A stretch of DNA of 63,933 nucleotides, counting the filler, from Kipferlia bialata (Eukaryota), in assembly GCA_003568945.1 (NCBI GenBank). It is 6 parts of 6 records of this genome, joined end to end, with 100 filler letters (N's around TTAATTAATTAA, not from the genome) between each part and the next. Parts side by side here need not be neighbours in the genome. Positions count along the whole stretch, not along the records: positions 23,828 to 35,634 come from BDIP01001182.1; positions 35,735 to 47,538 come from BDIP01001183.1; 4 more parts are not named here. One strand, given 5' to 3'. The translations under genes were made by a program, and so were the position numbers. Below are positions 27,277-41,215 of the stretch, one piece after another. Positions within the stretch are counted from its first letter, which is position 1. Every line of letters starts with the position of its first letter. Under the pieces are notes generated by a model. The model worked only from the letters and a program-made list of their open reading frames with translations. It made no database searches and was not told where the DNA came from.

Positions 27277-27565
27277 TAAGGGTGCAGAGAGAGAGAGAGA
27301 GAGAGAGACTCTGTCTTCGATAGGGGTCTAGCATACAGTCTGCTACTCTAGTGAGACGTAAGACTAAATTCCCTGTCACAGTATTGGTAGAGTGGTAGAT
27401 GGTTAATCCATGTTGGAATATTGAATACCCTAGGAAAGAGCCTGTCTTGTAAGGTCTCTTCCAAGCATAAACCCCTTTTCCTGGACGACTCTCTTTGCAT
27501 AAACGGATATCGGATATTCCGAATAGGAGCACGAATAGTGAGTCCGACGCCTATCAACCTCTTCA

Positions 27566-28656
27566 ATGGGCTGCATCAGAGCCAGGATGTCAGTGAGAGG
27601 AGTGCCCGATACAGAAGGGGGAGCGACAGAGGCCGTACTGAGAACGGTAGACTGCACAACAGGAGGCAGAGATGGGAGAACACGTGCTATAAGGGGAGGT
27701 ATGCATCTAGAGGGTCTATACAATATACGCCCAATTCTTGACATATACATATGCATATCTCTATGATACTGATACTGTCTCAGCCCTAGCACCAGTGTTG
27801 TCAAGTGCCCCGAGGCCAATAGATTATAGTATAATATGTACATATGTATATGTATATCTATATGATGACTGTCTGACCCCTAGCACCAGTGTTGTCAAGT
27901 GCCCCAAGGTCAAGGGATTATACACTATATGTATTCATATTCATATGTCTATATGTGTGCGTGTCTTCGTCTCCACCCCTAGCACCAAGGTTGTCAAGTG
28001 CCCCAAGACCAATAGATTTTACACTATGTATTCATATAAATAGTATATGTGTGTATGTGTATACATCTTACCCCTAGCACCAGTGTTGTCAAGTGCCCCA
28101 AGGCCAATAGATTATACATATAGATATATATATAGATATACATATTCTATCTATACAAATATTCATTAGATGATACATCTTAGTGAGATGTAACATCTCA
28201 CCCCTAGCACCAGTGTTGTCAAGTGCCCAAAGACCAAGGGTGTATCAGTATCAGTATCTATATATTCATATTCATATGTCTATATGTGTATCAGTATCAG
28301 TATCAGTATCAGTATCAACCCAAGACAAAGGGTGTCCTGAGGGAGAACTCTCCCTCCCTCTCTCGTCAAATGCATATAATTATATGCATTATATATGTAT
28401 AATGACTCTATAATTCCTCCCAAGACCAAGGGTGTCCTGAAGGAGAACTCCCACCATGACTCTCTCGCGGTAAGTATCAGTATCAGTATCAGTGTCATCC
28501 CCCTCCCCTCTCTCTCTCTTCCCACCATGACTCTCTCGCGGTAAGTGGTCTCTCTCTCTCTCCCGCCCTCCCCCCTCTATCGTCCAATGCATATATATAT
28601 ATATTTAATGACTCTATATCACTCTCTCTTCCCAGCATAGCCCTCTCGCGGTAGTT

Positions 28657-28694
<38 letters not shown>

Positions 28695-30151
28695 CCTTCG
28701 GCCCCTCTCTGTTTATGACATATGCACTGATGATGACTATCTGTTGGTATCTTTCTCACTCTCTCTCCCTATATCGCTACAATCTCGACGATAACAGCAA
28801 CCCCTCTTCTGTATTGCCTTTCTGCCCCTCAGTATATGTTTCTCTCTCCCTCTTTCTCTTTCTCTCTCTTTCTGCCTGACTTGCGCCACGCTAGTGCCAC
28901 GCGCACTCACTTATGCACTAAAATATACAATATTCTCATGCATATACAATATACAATGTGTCTCTTCATATGATGTAGTCGTAATTATACTACTTATCGC
29001 TTATCCCAGTTCGCCTTCTGCCCCGGCAACAAATCTGCACTATATAGTATAGTATACTATATACTGTATACTAAGTATACAGTATATATATAGTATATGA
29101 ACTATTGAATTAATGAATTATACTGTATCGCTAATCCCCAGTTCGCCTTCTATCCTGACCACCGATCTGCCCTGATCGGTACCAGATGCAACGGGATAGT
29201 CAAGTGGGATATGGAAGGTACATTGATATGTATATAGTATACATACTGTCCATATACGTACACTCACTTAGGTCAGCTAAAACCCTCACCCACCTTGTCG
29301 CTGGGAGTATACGTTCACTCCCTTAACATACACACTTCTACTGATAATAGCTGCCATCTACGTCGAAACGTCGAAACGTCGAAACGTCGACGGAGTACCA
29401 ATTCCACTCGATATATTCTCTGACAATGTTTCATATCAACGCTCCCATTATATATATGTATACATATAGTGCCTCTACTAATACTAGCTGACACCCTCAA
29501 CGCCCTTGTCGATGGTATCGATAGTGTATACAATAGATCCATAGTGTATATGAAGTACATATATATAGTGTACACTTACGGTGTAAGTCTTACTTCTAGC
29601 TGACACCCTCACCCCCCGGGTATTGTTAGGATAGTGTATGGGCTCATATTGCTGTGAGATCAAGTAGTACATAGATAGTGTATAGGTAATACTATGTAGA
29701 TATCCTCGATGTTTGTTACTACTACTAGCTGGCACCCTCACCGCCCTTGTGGATGGTGAGGCAGTAGAGTCACATCACATAGACAGGATAGGGTGTCTGG
29801 CAGATGGGTCATTCTGGGTATGGTTATATAGTATATAATATACAATATATATAGTATTAAACAAACACTATAGTATATACTATATACATATATAGTGTCA
29901 GATGAGGTCTGGCAGATGGGTCATTCTGGGTATGGTTATGTATCACTTTTTTCTACAGCGGATACATACACTCACATTGCGTCAATGCATATATTTATTT
30001 TTCTGTGTGTACATACACACATGTAAACATATACATCAAGAGTCAATGTACATATTTGCATACTTATATTGTATATGATATACACATATATACATATACT
30101 CACCACAAGGTTGCCAGCTGCCACATGTATACATGATACATGATATACATG

Positions 30152-30192
<41 letters not shown>

Positions 30193-30304
30193 ACATATGA
30201 TCACTCACTCACTCACAAGGTTGCCAGCTGCCGCGGCGACTCCTCTAAAGATGCCAGACTGAGACGCTTCTCAGCCGATGGGACACAGATGTCAAGGTAA
30301 GAAG

Positions 30305-30346
<42 letters not shown>

Positions 30347-31430
30347 AAGAGAAATAGAGAGAGAGAGAGAATGATAGAGAGAGATGCCAGATTCCGGCGC
30401 TTCACAGTCGATGGGACACAGGTCTCTAGGTGACACTTCCATGCATATTAGGACATTGCATATCGTGGGATCCACCCACGCTCCTGTGACCGTATAGTAC
30501 TATAATCCACCCACTAATTTTCTATACTTACACCACAAATACCAGCCTCTTCCTGAGGCAGAGGGTGAGAGGCAAGCTTCAACAAGACTACTCTCATTCA
30601 TATATGTATATGCATTCTTATCCATGTAAGATACAACTTGCATCTATCGCACGCCATTCCTGAGGCAGAGGCGTTATACCGTATTACTATATATATCCAT
30701 ATTAGTATAGTTGTATACTACTGTATATAACTATATCACTATAATTGTATCGTAGACCTGAATCTACCTAACCGCAAGGCTCTTTCTGTGGCAGAGGGTG
30801 ATTACATTTTATATATATATTGTATACAATATTTATATACTATATATATCTAACCCAGGCTGTTCCTGTGGCAGAGGCGTTATACTATATTACTATATAT
30901 ATCTATAATAGTATAGTTGTACTGTATATCCCTTACCGCCAGGCTCTTCCTGTGGCAGAGGGTGAGGGGCATGGTGGTGGCCGAGAACGGAGACTGCATT
31001 GTGTCAGGTACACACATTATATGTAATATGTATTAATATGTACGTTTATACGTATATTTATATGTATATTAGATATTTTCAGAGACTGTATTGTGTCAGG
31101 TACACACATTCTTTATAATATATAGAGGTAGAGAGAGAGAGAGAGAGTGGACCCTAACTCCAGGAGGAAGTCATGATCAGACCACTGTGAAGCGTGTGAG
31201 TGCAGAGACTGGGGAGGTATATGTAATATATACCTACATTAATGATGTATCCAAATACATATTGTAATACATACATATATACATACTTGGACATGGCATG
31301 TGTCAGTGCTGAGACTGGGGAGGTATGTATCCACTAGATACCACTCTAGCTACACACATACTTTAGTTCCAAGTGACACTCCCATCCCCAAGTTATACTG
31401 TATGATTTAAAGTGTATATTATAGTATATA

Positions 31431-31466
<36 letters not shown>

Positions 31467-33051
31467 GTGTTTGTTTTACACCCTCAGGTTGTGTGGGAGA
31501 CCGTACACCCCGACAACAACATCATGGCATGTGACAGCGCGGGTATGGCTAATGAATATACTATGTACTTAATATACATATATAATCATGCATATATACA
31601 CTATATAATACACTGTATGTATCCTGACAACAACATTATGGCATGTGACAGTGCAGGGGGGATGGGTAGTATATCCTATCAGTCTCCAAACAATATAATG
31701 CATACTATATGTATATGTACTTGATCAGGACATGGGACTGTGCAGGATAAATATTCGTTTGCACATTCTTGCATGTCTGCTAACTAGTAGTAGGCATGAT
31801 GGTTGCCAGGGACGATGATCCATATATATCATATACATATATAATATTTGTGAGAGCTGAATATATCTGCTAGCTACACTCATCTTACTAATAGGCATGA
31901 TGGTGGCTAGGGCCCCTAGCCTAGGGGTGACGATCTCTTTATCTTCTGCAACCCCTGGTACAGTGTACCATCTCCCAGGATATGCGTATTCAGCGCTTCA
32001 ACCGGAGAGTACAAGTGAGTGATTATCTTACAGGAGTATGCACATACTAGTGGACACAGACACGTGTCTCTAACTACATGCAGAGTTCCAGGCTGTACAG
32101 TATCCCATCACTGTGTGTGTTATATACTCCTTATTGGTCTCTAACTATAGACTATAGTTACTATTGTATTGATAGTTCAGGTTAGTATCTATTGGATTAT
32201 CTCTAAGTTAGAGACTCTAACTACAGGCATAGCTCCATGATTCTTCTGATTAGAATCGCTAATATAGCATCTAACGACAGGCACAGCTCCAGGCTGTACA
32301 GCATCCCAAAGGAGCTGCGCTTCTCGGTGAGTACTCATTCTAGATTGTATACATAGTATATATAGTATATACAGTGTATATAGTGATACAGCATCCTAAC
32401 GGAGCTGCGATTCTCGGAGAGTCCTTTTACTAGATAGTATCAAGAAGAGATGTCTCAATATAGATTTGTTGTCTATTTGTATGAGTGTATCACTGACACC
32501 AGTCTATGGTAACCCCTAACCCTAACCTTACCTACAGTTCAAGTGCCCCTATGGCTTCATGTCCCCAGACGGGCACATTGTCATGTTCCACAAGGACGGG
32601 TGAGCATTGTACATACCGTATACATAGTATACTATACTAACATAATAGAAACTATATTAGAATAATACACCGTTACAGTCGTTATACTGATGGGCACATT
32701 GTCATGTTCCACCAGGACGGGTAAGTATAGTATATGTATGTATGTACATATACGTACATGCATCTTACTGCATAGGTATCATTACCGACTTGCCTTGACT
32801 TAACTTGACTGCAGGGATGACCAGGTCCACTTCATGTCTGTCTTCTCAGATGCTGTGTTTGACAAGGACCCCGAGGACGGGTACATTGTGCCCATTAAGA
32901 CTAAGGTATCGTATCGTATCGTATCGTGTATACATATATATGTACTGATACATTGTGCCCATCAAGATATACATTGGTATATATCCATAGATTCCCACAT
33001 GATGGTTACATTGTGCCAATCAAGACGAAGGTATCCACACACATATATGTA

Positions 33052-33092
<41 letters not shown>

Positions 33093-34381
33093 GATTGATA
33101 TATATGCATTGTATATATACTTACATTTCCATTGATTCCTATTAAGGCTAAGGTATCGTTTATACATGTATACTATACTATATATATATTCATTAATTAT
33201 ACTATTCTGTACTATACTATTATACTATACTATATATATATATTCATTAATTATATATACATATACATATCTATTGATACAGTGTGCCCATCTAGACTAT
33301 GGGGTGTTTTTGTCAGAATAGAATTCTTTTCATTAGTACACGTAGGAAACGTTTGCTGTATACCAAGTAAGTGTACCAATTATCATATATACATATGACA
33401 AGAGTTACCCGTGCATAAATGGATACTGGTACTATACGTGTATTAGTGGTCACTATCGCAAGTCGAGTCTCTCTCTCTCTCTCTCTCGCTCCCTCTCTTT
33501 CTCGCTTTCTCTCTCTCTCTTACTCTCTCTCAGTATCAGGCATACCTACGGGACTTCCTCAACGCCCGTAGCCACGGAAACGTAAGTGGTGCCATAGATG
33601 ACATATGTCACATAATATGTGTTCAATACAGTATATACATACATATATGTATATGCACTGTATTGAATACCACATACACATTTGCAAGCCTTCTATACTG
33701 TCAGTATACTACTGCTCCCTGGAATGCTCGGATGGGTGATCACATTTGAGTTTATACATACTTGTATAGCCTCTTAGCTCCGCTTAGCTTAGGTGGTGGG
33801 AGAATACATGTCATATGGCGTGAATTTACTAGTACTTCCTACATACTCAATACATGACGTTGTACTATACTGCATATGTGTACATATATATGTCTCTTAC
33901 CCTAGAACAGTGAGTGCATGGGTGTATTTACTTATTCGTATATAGCTCTGATATATATAATGTATACATTGACCGATATCATCTCTCATTCCACTAGAAC
34001 TGTGAGTGCATGGACATGGGTAAACAACTGTAGTATATGTCTTGGATTACACTAGTTTGTATAGGACTATACTGTTGCACGCTCACCCCAGTACTGGGGG
34101 TGCATAGGTGTATGTACATGTAGTAGTATAGCACATTACACTGTAACTTTTGTATATGTTGTGTATATAGTGTCTATATTATAGACCCTTCTCTCATTCT
34201 TTGGTACTGGGGGTGCATAGGCGTTGGTCTCACACCCGACCAGTCTGTGTATGTGGTCACCAAGCAGCACCAGGGAGGGTGCAGGGCCACGCTGGAGATC
34301 AGGTATACTATATGTATATAGAGAGAGAGACATGTATATACTTTGAAGAAATGAGAAGCTGGAGATCAGGTACATTCAATG

Positions 34382-34433
<52 letters not shown>

Positions 34434-34823
34434 TAGTTATACTCCCAGGGGGGATGCAAGGCCAACCTCGAGATCAGGTACACTGTTGATGGACCTAATG
34501 TATTAGTTTCTGTACTACTGTATACAGATACATTTTTTTTCATTTCTTTTTCACAACAGACTATGTGTATGAGTACCTATTATGCAACAGTTTGTCTCGG
34601 TAGAGACTGTTTGAGACTATATATGCATAACGATACCCTCTGATCTGATGCTAATAGTGTAGGTTCTACGCCTATGCCCCCTGACTTATATATCATTATA
34701 TATATATATATATATCATATGTTTAGAGAGAGATATATTGCTAGATGATGCTAACAGTGTAGGTACTACGCCCCTGCCCCCCCAGCATCTGAGGACAGAG
34801 ACAGTAAGGCAGTCCTGGTATAG
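27566..34823 (+). CDS. Beta-propeller-like (WD40/YVTN/PQQ-like) protein gene with several apparent lesions; possible pseudogene
   Basis: Exons: FAFYPDHRSALIGTRCNGIVKWDME|AGTLTALVDG..LADGSFW|VASCRG..RLRRFSADG|..MVVAENGDCIVS|GG..VKRVSAETGE|VVWET.., FMSPDGHIVMF, IGVGLTPDQSVYVV, YYAPAPP...VLV* (TAG 34821-34823). Problems: exon-1 frame is ambiguous, exon 2 is present only as half copies, a 14-bp insertion at 31913-31926 shifts the frame, the acceptor at 34204 reads GG, and the phase between 32905 and 33533 is unresolved. Confidence 0.55.
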
Positions 34824-35634
34824 GTGCTAGTGTGTTGTTCTTGAACATTCCAGTTGAGGAGGACAGGTCCAGTCATACCTTGGAGTACTACATAGTGGGA
34901 CTGTCAAAGTCTTGTTCAGTATGTGTGTGTGTTATGCACTAAACGAGAATTCAGATACTGTGTGTCTTCACCAGAGTGAATGTCCTCACAGTGACTTCCC
35001 CACTCACACCACATCATATATACTCAGCCGCAATCGCTACTGATTGTTTCTTATTTGTATCTGCATGTCACACAGTCTGATAATGCATTAGTGATTGGCT
35101 GTTCATCAGAAAACAATGTTTATTGTCAAAAACAATGTTTATCATTCAAAATGTGTAAACAATCATGACCCATGCTGGCAGCACGCTGAAGACCCTGGAG
35201 TAGGACGATGCGCATTTGAAGCTGCCAAATAGGTTATAGACAAGGACGGTGCAAGTTGGCAACATAATCAAGGAGGCAAAACACAATTATTGACACACTG
35301 CTACTGCACCCTCATTTCTTTGTGTTAGCCAGCTTTGCCACTGCTTCACTATCACTAGTCCACTGGCATAGCCGCATTTCTCACTGGTCCACCTGTGATT
35401 GTAAAGAAAGGTACACGTGTCAGGGGGTGTTAATCTGGGATTAGTGAGATGGTTGCTACATGAGAAATAGTGACATCGCTGACATATACCTGTATGTGTC
35501 TGTAGGTACGCTATCTGTTTTCAGAACAGTCACACCATGGGCCATATGTGATGCTTGTATGCTGTTTGTATTGGTATATTTGTATTCGTACCCCCCCCCC
35601 CCCCCCCCCCCCCCCCCCCACCACACCCCTCCTC

Positions 35635-35734
35635 NNNNNNNNNNNNNNNNNNNNNNNNNNNNNNNNNNNNNNNNNNNNTTAATTAATTAANNNNNNNNNN
35701 NNNNNNNNNNNNNNNNNNNNNNNNNNNNNNNNNN
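35635..35734. other. Artificial contig-joining linker
   Basis: Same 100-bp structure. Confidence 0.97.
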
Positions 35735-35787
<53 letters not shown>

Positions 35788-35801
35788 CTCTAACCCTCTA
35801 G

Positions 35802-37240
35802 GCCCTGACCAGGTCTGCCAGGGCCAAGGTGCCTGTCAAGAAGAGCGGCACAGCAGAGGAGTGCAAGATGGGTACGAATTCCATATGCAATATATATAGA
35901 TAGCTATGTCTGTATATGTCCATATATGCAAGTATACTAGAAGAGTGGCACAGCAGAGGGGTGCAAGATAGGTGTGTGTCATTAACATATACACTCTACT
36001 ATCTATGCTCCATAGTAATATATATATTCAATATATACATATAAATTAGACACTCACCCCCAGTTGTGCTGGAGGTCCTGGACAGGGAGTACTTCTTCTC
36101 ATTCCCATCGGCAGAGGTATGGTATATACATGCACTCTATTTACTATACTAGTATGTAAACTAGGTGAATGCGACATCTGTGAATATCCCTCTCACCCTC
36201 AGGATGGGCCAGATTACAAATGTGATTAATGTATATATATATGTATATATATATATATCCATACATACTCACATATATACTAAATAATATATAAGTCTCA
36301 CCCTCAGGATGCCACTGGGTGGGCCAGAGTGGCTCTACACTTCTGAAGTTCTCTTCATGAATGTGTGTATATGTGTGTATGTATGTATATATATGTCTCA
36401 CCCCCAGGATGCCACTGGGTGGGCCGGTGTGCTATCGGAGACAGCAGAGGCAGAGAGGGCCAGCAGGTACTGAACGAATAGTATATATGTGGCTAGTCCC
36501 TCATGTGGTATTCTGTGTACTTCATGCTGTATATACTGTATATCTAAATATTTACTTTACAGCATGCCTTACCCCAGGTCCATCTCTGTGGAGGACGGTC
36601 TCTCCTGTTACTAGTGTATCATATGTATTGTGTACAGTATGTATTATATATACTATATATGTATAGCAATACTTACCTTGCAGGTCCATCTCTGTGGAGG
36701 GTGGTCTGTCCTGTGCAGGTGGTATGAGGCTGGACATAGGGGAGGGACAAGATGTCAGAGACCAGGTATATATATACTATATATATATATATATATATAG
36801 ACCAGGTATATACTGATACCTATCTATACATGTATCAATATATGGTGTAGTGTTAGAGGCTGGATATCGGGGAGGGGCAGGACGTCAGAGACCAGGTATT
36901 TATATATCAACCCATCACATGTGGTAGTATATGGCATTCTGATATGGCATTGATATGAGGCTAGGACATAGGGGAGGGGCAGGACGTGAGAGACCAGGTA
37001 TATATATATACTGTATCGGTTCATTGTTAATGGGTGGCATATCACTATATAAGTGTCTGTATATTACCATATATGTATGTATATGTATATAATATAATAG
37101 TATTGTATATATATAAGCAATATATATATACCTCTCACCTATAGGCTGACATGGAGGAGGAGGCAGAGGGAGAGGGAGAGGGAGAGGGAGAGAGAGAGGT
37201 TCCCGATGCTGAGGAGTGCGTGACTGTTGAGGCACAGTGA
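35802..37240 (+). CDS. C-terminal part of a protein with a PH-domain-like end and an acidic tail, 5' truncated
   Basis: Exons: ALTRSARAKVPVKKSGTAEECKM|VVLEVLDREYFFSFPSAE|DATGWAGVLSETAEAERASR|SISVEGG..DVRDQ|ADMEEEAEGEGEGEGEREV..EAQ* (TGA 37238-37240). REYFFxxxSxExxxxW resembles the last strand and Trp-bearing helix of PH domains. Confidence 0.6.
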
Positions 37241-37768
37241 TTAGAAAAGGGTGTAGAAAGAGAGGGGGGGGGAGAGACACACTCACAGAGAGAGAGCCAA
37301 TTGAGGCGTTGTAAAATGTATATATACCATTGTTCCAGGAATGTAGTGTTCACTAAATCAGTTCAAGACATGCATATCAGGAGTGCGTGGCTGTAGGGGG
37401 ACAGTGAGACAGACAGAGAGAGAGTGAGAGTGAATGGGTGTGTATGATGGATGGTACACTATCCACATTGATTCTCAGCCATATTCGGCAGCTGTGAGTT
37501 ACAGGTTGTAACTAAATACTGTTGTTCCAAGATAGATACTGTTGTTGCAAGATAGAGTTCACTAAATCAGTGTTCAGATAAGTAGACAGCTTTGTGACAT
37601 GTAGCCAATATTCAGCCCTGGTGATCTATTGCACTAACCGCTCTATGTACTTAACTGTCCTAGTGTGTTCCCAACGAGTCACTCTGTACAAGGTGCCCTT
37701 GTATCACACTGGTACCATACTATCAATATGTACAGTACATGCTATGCACTGTATGTACTACCAGTGAG

Positions 37769-40267
37769 TCACTCCTGGTTTAGCACTATGGTAGGGCCCT
37801 GCATAGGGAAACAGGTGCCCACCTTCAGAGGCACCAGTGTCTCCTGATATCAGTAACATTGTGTGGTCAATACTTGATATATCCACCACAGTGTATAGTT
37901 ACATAAATACTGATACTGATGACATTGTAATATGTATATGGTATTGGTACGAATATCAATTACACACCCATGTATAGTGTATGTGTGTATGTATATTGTA
38001 TATAGGTATATAGTATATATATATATATATATATATAGTGTGTATATATATAGTGAAAATACCTGGCTAGGCTGACAGGGGTAGGTGCTGGAGGCTCCCC
38101 CAGGCCCTGTCAATGTGATGGTTGTGCCACTACGGGTGACTCTGATGGTGCCAGGACGGCATCCTAAGGGATCAGTGGAAGGGTATCTGTGATACTATCA
38201 CTACTACTCTGAGTAATAGTAATGCAATATAGGTTCTCAATGAGAACTTCTCATATATCTTACCCAAGAGCCGTGCCCCATCCTGTGTCTTGAGGTGCAT
38301 TGGGTTACCAGCAGTCATGGTCCATGTCTTGTCTGACACACTGGGCACAATGAGTGTCACTGGGTCCCACACCCCGACATGTCCATGAGAGACCTGGGGT
38401 CATTTTACTTATTACTGATTAGTAATTAGTTATTACTTATTACTCATTACTTGTATATCCTTCTAAAAAGTGTATATTGAGGGTCACTGGGTCCCACACA
38501 CCGACATGCCCCTGACTGACCTTGTGTCATAATGTGTATCAGGGGTATATAATGTATAGTATATATAGTATATACAAGCATTACTAGAATATACTCCTAA
38601 TAAGTATATATTGAGAGTAACTGGGTCCCACACACCGACATGCCTCTGACTGACCTGGTGTCATGTATATATAGTTACTATATATAGTTACTACATATTA
38701 TAGTATACACAAGTGATACTTGTACACTCTATTAACGAGTATGCATTCACATTCTCTTGGCATCATATGTGTTGTATAGAGCCTAATAGTTGTGCGATAT
38801 AAAGTATCATATATATATATATACCTTCACAACACACTCTGTCGCATAGGATGACTCCTCAAAGCGTGGCACATCACTCTGTTCTACTTGAGTCTTGCAG
38901 TTGGACAACACGCTCTGCAGTCTGCTATGAGAAGAACTAGCACTGTAGACTTTTCACTGAAGAATATAATACACACTTTGTACTTGTACCTCTTTGCAAG
39001 GGAGACACTAGTCACAGCGGCCACCTCAACAGCACACTCATGTAAACTACACGATTCTTGCAGTGCCTGTGAGAGCTCCTCCACTCCGTCACTCTGATTG
39101 AGGAACAAGATCTCAGCAGTAAAGCCAGTTGGGAGGCCTCCAACTTATTGGAGGGCGAAACAAGTAATACACAAAGATCCACAGGGTGGGACATATAAAT
39201 GATAATAGTATATCTTGTAGTGGTGTATACACATACCTAGCAGTTCTAGCAGAGGCTCGTATGGAGGTTCAACGACCCTGGAAGTGATAACCAATAGACA
39301 GCAGTCGGGTGCTGCGAATCTATGGTGAGGGAGAGAGTGACTGTAATATTTACAGTATAAATTATAGTGTGTAATATGGTCCGTAGTATAGTCACTGTAT
39401 GAACATCAGACTGTTAGAATACTCTGACAATAGACTCTTTGATGACAGTGTACCTACGGATAGCTCCTGAGAGACACTCCGATGAGAGTTGTGATGTGGT
39501 CTGTGCCACATAGCCGACAAGGGGGCTGGCAAGTGACTGGTGGTGAGATAGACAATCCTAGTAGTAGACGATGTCGACATACACGCATATATATATATAT
39601 GTATTTCCATATAGTCCTGCCTGTGTCGAGGATACCTCAGAGATGTCATCACAGGACATCGCAAACAGGGAGAGACTGGGTGTCTCGGACTCGGTGCCTG
39701 GGGTCAAGTGCTTATGTGCAATGGAGTGAATGAGACGACCTATAGAAATTTTGAAGAACTGACCATTATACTGTATGGCCATGATATACCCGTGACACTG
39801 GAGCGAGACCATGCAGTAAGTCACATGTATTAATATTCGACACGTACAGAGAGATAGTATTTTACCCTCTATATGTTCAGTAGATTCTTAAACAACGTGG
39901 CTGTTGTGCGTACACAAGGATGGATAGATAATTCATGATAAGAGGACCAGTCAGTTACACACCTACTGGTGTAATGGCAACAGACTTGAGCTGTTCTGAC
40001 ACCAAGTGTGCTGGGGTTAGTGGATATTCTCAGACCAAGCCGTTACATCTTAGTATCACATTTACTCTATGTGCGGAACACATGTGTGGGTACATACGTA
40101 TATGAATGTGTATATGTAAATGTATGTGAGTATAATATACATATGTGTAAGTATATGTGTATGTATATTCATTGTGGATATGTGTATGTGCCTGTACCTA
40201 GCTTTGTCGGAGTCTCTCCCTCTCCCGACACATCAACCACAAGCACAACTGGCTTCAATGATAACAT
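37769..40267 (-). CDS. Hypothetical multi-exon protein; N-terminal VVLVVDVSG resembles a vWA first strand
   Basis: Probable ATG at 40267. Exons: MLSLKPVVLVVDVSGEGETPTKLA|HLVSEQLKSVAITPV|GTESETPSLSLFAMSCDDISE|SLASPLVGYVAQ..|VVEPPYEPLLELL|..SDGVEELSQALQ..|LQSVLSNCK..VVK|VSHGHVGVWDPVTL..|GCRPGTIRVTRSG..|ETLVPLKVG..NQE* (TGA at 37769). Splice sites are canonical; one internal acceptor is uncertain. Confidence 0.6.
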
Positions 40268-41215
40268 CAGGGTCACCTTCTTAACCCAGAGTGCCCAGAG
40301 TACTGTGACACAAGTATTCCGCAAGTACTACTTGACTCAGGTAGTCTACTGGAGGATACTCTAGGTTATGCCACTACACAACTGGATCGTAGAAGAGATG
40401 ATTGTGGACTTGGGTTCAAGAGCTTAACAGTAGAGAGTCTGAAGGAATCAGAGTCTTTGATACCATCATACCTCAAGTATGATGGTAACAAGTATTTCTT
40501 CCGATCACTGTACACTCTTGAGGCTAGTGGTACACTCCTAGTGTACGCTGTAGAATATTGTCTACACTCTAGCTATCACTGTAAACCCGGTAGTGTAGAG
40601 CATAGCCTGATGCTCTATTACTGAATTGATAACACATGATAGAATTGAAGTGAGTGTATGGAAGGAATATTCTGTTAGGGTCTCGGGACCCTGTATTCAT
40701 TTATGCAGTATTCATTTATGCAGAGTATTAATAAATGCATAATATTATCGCTGCGAAAATTCAGTCGAATCCAGACATGGACGGTCAGACAATCTGAATC
40801 AGACGGAGCCAATAGAGTCGTGTCTGTTGGGTCTGTTGCAAGAAGAGACTTCAGATCTATGCTTTGTAAATCACCAGTGACCATTGAAATTTAACCGATT
40901 TTGATAATAACATAACATATGTAGGGCAGCACTGCTAGTGCCCCACTATGTTGTCGATATACATTCAATGAAGAAATATATGATCCTTCCTCAATGATTG
41001 ATGATCAATCTGTCACGTGTCTATTAGTTACCACACACAGTCAACTCACTTCTCTCTCTATTCGATAGAAACTGTATTGCCCTAGAAACAGTCTTGCATT
41101 GTTCTCTCATATGAAAACAACATTCCCCGCTCTCGCGTTAACTCTCGCTCACATACTCTCTTGTGTCGCTCTCGCTATTCATCTTTGCTCTCTCTCTCTC
41201 TCTCTCTGTCTCTCT

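Noticed and set aside
29361..29390. (CGTCGAAA)3 CGTCGA CpG-rich tandem repeat
   Set aside because: A short local expansion inside a degenerate acceptor echo with no other copy in the window.
32510..32537. Telomere-like taacccctaaccctaacc
   Set aside because: Only about three imperfect units, explained as a slipped branch-point/acceptor motif.
33578..33591. X-box/RFX-like gtagccacggaaac
   Set aside because: It lies in a probable exon far from any gene start, so it is a chance match.
34824..35634. Higher-complexity AT-rich stretch with the direct repeat aaaacaatgtttat as a possible mobile element or RNA gene
   Set aside because: I found no terminal inverted repeats, target duplication, coding exons or recognisable RNA fold. 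It was treated as intergenic.
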